From Dimorphilus gyrociliatus (taxonomy: Eukaryota > Animalia > Annelida): DNA of 64,000 bases. Positions 55,021 through 64,000 of the stretch are shown one piece after another. The notes beneath the pieces were generated by a model. It was not told the DNA's origin. It did no database searches and saw only the letters and a program-made list of their open reading frames with translations. The translations under genes and the position numbers were made by a program. Numbering within the stretch: position 1 is the first letter of the stretch; each line of letters opens with the position of its first letter. The stretch covers positions 984,916-1,048,915 of the forward strand of contig CAJFCJ010000020.1 in assembly GCA_904063045.1 (NCBI GenBank). The letters run 5' to 3'.

Positions 55021-56845
55021 TTATTTCTTTGGGCTAATCTTTTTTCCTCTTGTTTTGATAAAGTAAAATATTACAGAGAAAATAACTTCAATAATTTGAA
55101 CCACCGTTAATATGCTTGCACCCACAAAAAGTCCTAGTTGGCCACCTAGTTCACCTTGAAAAATTTAAAGTACATTAATTAATATTCATGTTTAAATGGT
55201 TAAATATATTTTAATTGTAATTATTTGACTTACATAACATATCTAACCAATTGTAGTCGCTATATTGTTGTAATGATAACGTTTTAGTCGTTTTAAAAAA
55301 TATACTAGTTTTTATGGCTCCATCTTTAATTTCTTTTAAAGTGGCGTTAACTTTCGATACTTTCTTTAAGTAATTAATGTAATTGTTAGTTGGAAATTTC
55401 GCGACAGAGATCGAAGAGTCGTATCCTTTGGTATAACAAGGAAAAGGACAATTGCAAGGACGTTTACTTTTATGGCACACATCTGTTTAGGAGTAATTTT
55501 TATCTTTGTGTTTATACATCAATTAAAAAGATTTAATTAATAATTTATAACTTGTAAAATAAAAGAAAACCTTTGGCGTCGTATGCACATCTTACAGCTT
55601 CAATACTATTACAAACACTGACATTACCAGGCATAAATATCAATTTGCAAGAACATTTCTGAGTAATACAACTTTGTACACAATTCATTATACAACTATT
55701 CATTGTATATGATTTGTTCTCCTCCAAAGTTGGTAGATCATTCTTGCAACCATTTCTTTCTACTAGGAGAGTCTAGACGTTGAAATATTTTATCCATGTA
55801 ATGATAATCAATAATAAAATATACGTAGAACAAAGCTTACTGTTGTTGCAGTCAAAGCCACTTGAGTGTCCGAACCTGGAGATATCCAAAACCCATAGTT
55901 AGACACATCCGGTTCAGTTCCGGGTCTGTGTATGGTGACTCTAAGTCCGGAAGCACCATAATTAGCTCCAAAATAACTGTCAAAATTGCTTATATAAGCA
56001 AATATATGTAACCCATTGACAAGACCTGATGAGGCAATCGAAAAATTTCCATCATAATTAAACTGGACGCAAAAACCGAAATTAGTTAAAACTCTTTTCA
56101 GAAATTTACCGCATGCGTATCTGTTACTGTTGAACTGACATTCAACAAAATGGTCACCGGGGAAGTCACTTGCAGCTGAGAGTATATTTTCCGGATCAGA
56201 AAAGTTTTTATGTATATTAAAGGAATTTATCTGTTCATCAACTGTTGATTCGATAGATCTGATATCCGGCCAGGATTCAGCTACAAAGCCTCTTAATTCC
56301 CCGTAGTTTCTAATAAATCTGAATAAACATTTAATTAAACATATTAAATTGTTGCCTTACTCATTTTATTCCCTCTTCTTAAATCCATAAGTTTATAAAC
56401 TAACAAGCTTTACTTACTCTAACGAATATTGCGCGTAATAGCAAATTGTGATAGCCGGGAAGGTTTGACTTTCTCCGTTTGATAAAGCAATTAAACTTCT
56501 ACTTGTTTTAATTGGAGGATAAAATAATTTTTTAACAACCCCAATCCAAAGTGGAATTAGAAGTCCTAGTAGCAATATAATAGCTACTCCAAATGCCATC
56601 CTGTAAAAAGATCACTCATTATTGGATATTCACAGAGAAAAATCAAACAGCGATGTTACATCACCAAATAAGTTTTACCTTCTGAGAAAACACACCCTTT
56701 TATCGAAAACTTTATGAATGCCATGTAAATCAGTATATATGAGTCTACGTTTAAATAAATCACGTGTTCTTTCTTTACTTGTTCTAACTAAATTCGTTGT
56801 TGAAGATAAAGAAGGTCGCTCTTCAACTCGGAATTCTTCGAACAT
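55021..56845 (-). CDS. DEG/ENaC (amiloride-sensitive sodium channel) family subunit, at least 6 exons; 5' end may extend upstream
   Basis: N-terminal TDLHG motif, TM1 MAFGVAIILLLGLLIPLWIGV, FPAITIC, ECQF..CGKFLKRVLTNFGFCVQFN, GLRVTIH..GFWISPG, Cys-rich thumb (SCIMNCVQSCITQKCSC, CNCPFPC), TM2 CELGGQLGLFVGASILTVVQIIE with the GAS filter; TAA at 55021-55023. Confidence 0.95.
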
Positions 56846-57925
56846 ATCCTTTCTTCTATCTAACTGCTAAATAAGTAGCCATATGCTACATGAGCAATAT
56901 ATTTTATGAATCTACATATGTATATATCAATATATATATCATTTGTCAACAGCAATTCTTCAAATCAGTTTTTATATTTAACATACAGCATTATAATATT
57001 TAGTGATATAGGTCTATTTGTCATTTCCATTCTTATTAAACGTACTATTAAATTACAGATTAAAATTAATTTGAAGTTGAAAATTGTTAAGATTTAATCG
57101 TCAAACATCCGAATCATTAAGTTATGACTAGAACTAGAGCGAGAAAGACCCTGTCATTTAGGGACAAATTCATTATATATAGTAAATATACACATACAAT
57201 ATAATTATAAAGCAAACCCCAACGTGTAATCGAAACTTAAACAGTGTAAAGCATTATCTATTAATTAGTATACAAACAATAAGCCTAGTCCAATACAGAG
57301 AAAGGCATGTATAACCTTATATAGCTTACTAAAGCGGGATAATAGCCCGTGTAGTAATCTTTACTTGATTAATAAACCTTTGGAGATATTTTATAGAGGA
57401 GTTTCTTCATTTACTGCGTTTATAGATTTTTCTTTGTAGCATTATAATACAATTTTTTCCTATTTGTCTTATATTAAGTTTTGTTTAGAATATTTTGCTG
57501 AGAAGTGTCTTTTCTCGTTCGAAATCCATGACAAAAAAAATTGGACAATGAGTTATCTTTCATTTTTTTTTATATTGATGAACACACAATTGACTTTTAC
57601 TCTATTGGTTGTTCGATACGTCATTAATCTTAACAGTTTAGATTGAGAGAATCATGTAAACTTTGGCTGTTGAAAGTAACTCAAATAAAATCACCTCCAC
57701 TATCTATTGTTCGTCAAATATTGTGTATTTACATTCCACTTTTTCAGATAAAAGAATTACTAAGAATTAATATCGATCAGTCTTTTGTCTAATAAGTGTA
57801 GTTTGAAACAAGATCGGTTAACTATTCAATAGTTTACTTTGTTTCTTCCTCCCCAAAGATAATTCGATAAATCAACATGATAAACTTTTTTTATTTTGCT
57901 TGGCTAGTTTACAATAACTACCAAT

Positions 57926-60584
57926 TTAATCAGATATTTTCTCAACTAATACAGGTTTTGGAAATTTTGAGTCTATCTGTATTTTTAACACTCCTTTCAA
58001 TCCAGCCAATTTTGAAGAACCTTCTTTAATAACCTTTATATAATGTATGAAAAGACAAATTTAAATTCAAGTGTAAAAAAATAAACATTTTCTCTTACTT
58101 GTTGAATATATTCTTTGAAATTGGGCTCGAATTTCTTTTTCTGAACCTCCTACGATGAATTAAAAATTATGTTCATATTAGAATTATAAACAAACATATC
58201 ATAATATAACTAACCGAGGCGGGAATTCCAATAATAGACGTTAAAAGCTGTTGGGTAGCACAATTTTATACAAATTTTCAGTATGCGAATAATGTTAAGA
58301 GAAACTTTACCTTGTCACTAAATAGAATTTCTAAATTTTCTTTATTTTCTTCGTCAGTTAGGTTGGCAGGAACTGACCAACCATATTTGGTTAATTTTAG
58401 TTTACCCAGCATTCTTGAAATATATCCCTAATAAGGTATAAAAGATTACCATATTAAAAAACATTTTCTGAACAAAGTGGTGCCATCTAACAATAAGTAA
58501 GGAATGAGTAGATTTTCAACTCATGTTTCATAGTAACAGAGACTTTGTTTTTGTTTAAAGTTAAAACTTACCCTAACATAGACGATATCAGGCATAGCAT
58601 TGGATAATTTCATTTTACCTAATGTGCTAAGTGATATTAATTCCAAATTCTGCTCTGATGACAAGTGCGGGCCCTAAAAACAAACAATTCCTCTTATATA
58701 TTTATAAATAGAAGACAGCTATAAACTTTAGCAAATGTTACCTTTGAATTGTTATTTGAAAATTTTTTGGTTGGACTAGTTGCCAACTTTGTACCACGAT
58801 CATTACCAAACCTCAATTCAGAAGCCTTCAAAAATGATAAATATTATAGATAAAAGTTTAAATTCAAATTTTAGATATGACAACCTACTTTTCTGAAACC
58901 TCTTTGATCACTGAAACAACTACGACTGGATTTGATGTCATTCTCCGATTGAACCTAAAATAATGCAATATAATTAAAAGTTGAATATTTTTTCTACAAT
59001 TACCATTGCAGTAAGCTCTTCTATGTCATCGTAGTCCGATATTCTAGCGACTTTCTCTTGAGGACTGGTTGTCTTGACATCTTTAGAATTGTTTGCTTGT
59101 TTAGGTTGGGATAATTTTTGTCTCTTTGGACTTGGACAAGTTTCAAAACTTTCGTCAAACTCACGTAAACTTTTTTCGAAATCATCGTCGTCCTCCATGT
59201 CAAAGAAAGTTTTTGTATTTGCAGATTTTTCAGTACGTATTTTATTTTCTGAATCGGTAAGAGGCTGAGGATCCGTTTCGATCGCTTTAAGTTAAAAATT
59301 GTATAAAGAATTACAATATTTCACTATTAAACTATACAAATATTAATTATAACTCTTACATTGAAAAATTTCATCATCAGACCAATCTTCCGTACTAAAT
59401 CTCTTCAGATTGGAACTTGGAGTAATAGTATTTTTAAAATTTCTTGTTTGATTATTTGACATAGATGGTTTAAATTCAGTGCTTTCAGTTTTACGAAAGC
59501 CTTTCGGATTTTTATTTAAAAATTTTCCTGAGAGTTCTTTTTTCTTTGATTGAGCTTTTCGATCTTGCCGTAGAGTGATATTTCCATTTCTAGAAAATAT
59601 ATATCGTTCTATATATATATATATATATAAATAACCAAGAATAAAAAAATTAGTATATATATATATATTTATTTATATATATACTGTATATATTTTGTGT
59701 ATATACAATTTTTCCGTTATTATTTCTACTAGATTTTTTTCCATAACAACTTCCGATTCTCCTCCTAAAACTGTAACATTTTCGGCAGTTAGAAATAATA
59801 CTCCATTTCGGCAAAGAATATCTCCTTTCAGTAACATCTAAGTTTCAAAAACTTCTTTAGCTACGATATACAATATTTATTCTACTACCTTGAAGCCAGG
59901 ACTTAGAGATTGGTCGAAAGCGGGGATAGAATTATATTCCATAGCCATAATAGATTGTTGTCCATCGGTTAGTAATAATTTTAGCATTCTTTTATTTGAC
60001 TGTTCTTTCTGTAAAGAGTATATTTCATTTTGAAAAGATACTTTGATTGTTTTTAAGATCAATACCTCGTTTTCAAATGCACCAACTTTTGCGTTTTCAA
60101 AATTCATGTTCTTTAACTTAAGGGTTTGGTTGTAAAACGGTTTACTACAATCAATCATTGAATTTGCCTATTAGAATTAATCAAAGTATCCATTATGTTA
60201 CATAATATGATAGATGTCGCTGAGTATTCTAAACTATTACAAATAATAACATACTTGAACAGGAAAAGTCCCCTTCAAAAATGACTTTGAACTTTGTTTT
60301 ATATTTTCTAGATTGCCCGGAAAACAACAGCTACCTATTTCATTCAAATCACACGATAACCATTGTTCCATTACATTAGTATTGATATCGTTCTGACTTA
60401 GACTATCATTCTACAAAAAACAAGAATTATTTTAGTTGTAAATAGCTTTACAAGTTACTAAAATAGCTACAGAAAACTCTTCATTTATCATCCAATTGAC
60501 GCAAGCCTCAAGCCAATCTTCAGGTGGTCGAATACAGTAGGTTTTATTCAGAAATTTTCCCGCTTCTATAGTTTTTTGCTGCAT
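57926..60584 (-). CDS. RMI1: RecQ-mediated genome instability protein 1
   Basis: N-terminal EDWLEACVNWM..EQWLSCDLNEIG..LP-like helical domain, OB1 RMLKLLLTDGQQSIMAMEYNSIP..PGFK..NGVLFLTAENVTVLGG, acidic linker, C-terminal OB2 GYISRMLGKL..GWSVPANLTD..EILFSDK..KLAGLKGVLKI. The C-terminal OB fold and the absence of UBA/Tudor argue against TDRD3. Confidence 0.9.
59610..59629. repeat. (TA)n microsatellite in an RMI1 intron
   Basis: Direct inspection; further TA runs at 59655-59681. Confidence 0.85.
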
Positions 60585-61832
60585 CACTGTTTTATCGCCC
60601 AAGCATAATATAATACATCAATGTTGTTTAGATTTGTATCCGGATAAGTATAGTTATCTTCTTACAGAGTTAAAAGAATAAATACAAAAAACAGCTTTAC
60701 AATTTCAATATAGATACTCGATAACTTTCTAAAGTTAAAAGTCTAGCATAACTTAATTCTTATTTGAATAGAATTCGCTAAACTGGTAAGTGTTATGTTT
60801 TACGTTCTCAACGATTTTAATTATAGTTTTCAGTTAAAACTTTCAAACGATGTAGAAACGACTTAAGTGTCGAAAAATAAAGAGACAAACAATAGAAAAT
60901 CTTATTATCTCTGTTAAAAATAAATCTTTTCATACTTTCTATTAGACTTGAAAAAAATAGTAATAGCCATTTCAATATTAATTAAAATTTATTATATCAA
61001 TATTAAAAGTCGAATATTTATAGTTATGGTATTTTTTTTTATATAAATAAACTTTCATTAATAAAAGACTCAACATGAAACTGTTTTTCTAAATCTTTGT
61101 TAAACTAAATGATAAATTGGCTCTTTTTTAAAAATAAAAGAAAACAATACCAATACTAATAATAGAAAGCACTATCTACGTAATAATAGAATAATTATAT
61201 TCTATTATATTACAAAACATTCAAACTATTTTATGCTAAAAAGCTTTACATAAGAAATCATCGTTAGAAAATGGCGTATAGAAAAAAGAACACTAAATGA
61301 ATCATATAAATATAGAACAAAATTTTCTATAATAAATAAAGAAATTTGATTACAATAAAAACAACAATGCGATTATATCTACTTTAGCAATCTTGAACAG
61401 CTCTCCTTTCAATTTCCTCTTCCTTTACCCTTTACTCCCACTCCATTTCTTTCTTTTTTTAGTCCTTCTTAAATCTAAATATTTTCAATGCAAACATAAA
61501 ATATCTTTAAGGTAAACTTGAATTTTATCTATTTAGATTATTTTCTCCCTTCAGGTTTTCATGAATATTTCAATAGTTTATTGCCTATTAACATTTATGA
61601 ATTCGTGGAAAGAGTAAGTTTATTCATTGAGTACGTTATTTATATATAGGGCAAAACACGACATATTTAAGAATAATAATATACAATCCACTACTATTGA
61701 ACTGATAGCACCTATTAAAATATTATATGGATGTGTTGGAACGCCTTGTATGCAAGAAAGAAAGTAAAATTTGTAAAATTTGTTATTCCATCTAATGTAT
61801 ATATGTTTATGGTTAGAAATAGAGTTCGAGAC

Positions 61833-61849
61833 AGAGAGAGAGAGAGAGA
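61833..61849. repeat. (GA)n microsatellite
   Basis: Direct inspection. Confidence 0.85.
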
Positions 61850-62587
61850 AAGCGAAATATATAAGAAAGCCTTTCTAATAAAATATTATGATGAAATATT
61901 TTGAAAGGTATGCGAATTGTTCAAATATTTTTTAAGGAGGATAATTGTCCCTATATTGATTAGTCACGTAATACAAAAGTAATCATTAAGGTTAATATTT
62001 TTAAAAGGTTATGTTTATTCAATTTTGTATAAATAAAAAATATAAATATGCTATAAAACAAGTGAAGTATGGAATATTTCTATCGTTTGTCTATAGATAT
62101 ATATATATTTGTAAATGCGCGCGTGTGTGTGTCTGTGTGTGTTTATAATATGCTTGAAGGAATGCCAGTAAAAAAAAATCAATAATCAAACACTACAAAA
62201 TAAGAATGACTTTGGTAAATAAACATTTATTAAAGTGTAACGAAAATTGAAGAAATTATCATCTAGTTACAAATGATTATACATACACTTTGACCTTTTT
62301 ATTACGTTATTTTATTATATCTGGAAATAAAAGGGTTAACCAAATTTGGCCAAAATTTAGATAGGCCATTAGCTTAGAGATTTCAATGCTGTGCATACCA
62401 CACTAAGATTGAATACTTTCGATATTTTCTATGGTAGTACCTGTTACGGGCTTGTTTTCTCTTCTCAGCTAATAAAAAATTTTATATTGGATATCTTTTA
62501 TATTTCGTCGTTTTAACTTCTTATCGACGAGCGGATGATTATAAAAAACATTGGATATTTCTTATTGAAAATTCGTTAAAGACTAAA

Positions 62588-64000
62588 ATGAATCAACTTG
62601 AAATATCAGTTGGTTTATTATTACTAATAATAGCCACACCTACCTTTTCTAATGAATGTTTTTGTGATGGAACATCGTGTGTCTGTAGAAACTTGAAATT
62701 AACTACAATACCTTTAAATTTGAACGAAAATATTGAAGTTTTGTTTATTATCGGCAATCCTATAAGTACTCTTCCAGATGCTGCATTTTCTAGATATAGT
62801 AAATTAAAAATCTTAATTTTAAAGGATAATCAACTATCCGATATAAAAGATGGAGCTTTTAACGGACTAGATGATCTAATTGAACTGTCGTTAGAGGGAA
62901 ATTTCCCTTTAGAGTCTTTTAGAAGTGAGTGGTTTTATCCTGTAAGAAATTTAAAGAAGCTCACACTATCTTCCAATCCTTTAGTACAAAAATTACCAAG
63001 TAATTTCTTAAAAGATCTAAAATTAGATAGTTTAAATGTTCGTCGATGTAATTTATTAAAAGTTGACAAAGGTATTTTCGCTGAGAATACAACAATAAAA
63101 ACATTGGATTTAAGGCATAATAGAATTGAACGCTTTGAAGACGGCTCTCTCGACCATCTAAAGATGAATTTATCTAATTTGAATCTTGGCTTTAATTCAC
63201 TTAATAAACAAGAGTCTTGGGAAGCTTTTGGAGGAATTCACTTCAATGAATTTAAAATAGACATGAATAATTTACGTAATCTGGATCCATTTAAATACGT
63301 TTCTGCCAAAACGGTTGATTTAGCCAATAATGATCTATCAAATGTAACCTTTGAAGACTTTCCGAATTTTATATCAATAACCCATCTTTTATTGAAAAAT
63401 ACAAGTATTAATTTAAACTATGGATCATTTCGAAATATGCCAAATTTAGTTCATCTAAATTTAGCATCAAATTTGATCGATTATTTGCATTATAGACAAT
63501 TCGAAAATAATGGTAAACTGGATTATTTGGACATTTCAAATAATAAATTAACTGCTTGGAGTTCAGTACACGCAAATTATGCACCAAATATTACCGATCT
63601 TAACCTTCAAGGGAATTTAATTGAAATTTTAGATGGATACGATTTTAATCCTTATTTGCAATTGCAAAGGTTAAACCTGAAAAGTAACCTAATAAAAACA
63701 ATACTGCCAAATACTAAGAGTATATTTGAGAGACTACGAAGCTATAATCTAAATGATAAGATTCTGTTAACGAATAATCCAATTCATTGTAACTGTGAAA
63801 TTAAGTGGCTTGCCGAGTATTCTAATGAAAATGTAGCCTTGAGTGAATTTGATAGTCCAATATGCGCATCTCCCGATTCTCTTAAAAATAAAAAACTTTA
63901 TGGGGACTTTAAGGACAATAATATTGATCAGCTAAGATGCAGTACAGCAAGTATTGACTTTATAGCCAATTCAACTTATACCGTTCAGGAAGGGAATGAA
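62588..64000 (+). CDS. Extracellular leucine-rich-repeat protein, probably LRR-Ig receptor; intronless so far, truncated by the window end
   Basis: Open frame of 471 codons with no stop (hence absent from the ORF track): signal peptide MNQLEISVGLLLLIIATPTFS, LRRNT ECFCDGTSCVC, about 13 LxxLxLxxN repeats, LRRCT NNPIHCNCEIKWL..PICASP..L, then CSTASIDFIANSTYTVQEGNE, which looks like the start of an Ig domain. Confidence 0.95.
   Translation, partial: MNQLEISVGLLLLIIATPTFSNECFCDGTSCVCRNLKLTTIPLNLNENIEVLFIIGNPISTLPDAAFSRYSKLKILILKDNQLSDIKDGAFNGLDDLIELSLEGNFPLESFRSEWFYPVRNLKKLTLSSNPLVQKLPSNFLKDLKLDSLNVRRCNLLKVDKGIFAENTTIKTLDLRHNRIERFEDGSLDHLKMNLSNLNLGFNSLNKQESWEAFGGIHFNEFKIDMNNLRNLDPFKYVSAKTVDLANNDLSNVTFEDFPNFISITHLLLKNTSINLNYGSFRNMPNLVHLNLASNLIDYLHYRQFENNGKLDYLDISNNKLTAWSSVHANYAPNITDLNLQGNLIEILDGYDFNPYLQLQRLNLKSNLIKTILPNTKSIFERLRSYNLNDKILLTNNPIHCNCEIKWLAEYSNENVALSEFDSPICASPDSLKNKKLYGDFKDNNIDQLRCSTASIDFIANSTYTVQEGNE

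Overview
AT-rich (roughly 30% GC by eye) eukaryotic DNA from an invertebrate animal with a compact genome. Most introns are 45-80 nt and genes are intron-rich. A miniature annelid such as Dimorphilus would fit, but the species cannot be determined from the sequence. Left half: a 24-exon THSD7-like gene on the minus strand (4.7-19.8 kb), whose signal-peptide exon lies behind a 5.7-kb intron, followed by a ~14-kb stretch with no recognisable gene but many regulatory-looking islands. Right half: tightly packed, mostly head-to-head gene pairs: CCDC150-like/TOLLIP, unknown D-box protein/MED19, hypothetical/glycerol kinase, small secreted Tyr-rich peptide precursor/unknown protein, a possible membrane protein, a DEG/ENaC channel, RMI1, and an intronless LRR(-Ig) receptor running off the end. 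No tRNA, rRNA, CRISPR array or recognisable transposon was seen. Most interesting: (1) a 79-aa two-exon secreted Tyr/Gly-rich precursor with dibasic sites, only partly shown in the ORF track; (2) tandem splice donors in glycerol kinase switching between a stop codon and a hydrophobic tail; (3) an orphan protein with a canonical D-box and 15 S/T-P sites; (4) frequent A-rich AAG splice acceptors; (5) a candidate 60-nt poison exon and a TAATG-coupled uORF at THSD7. Gene models were spliced and translated by hand and family calls rest on remembered reference sequences; no searches were run.
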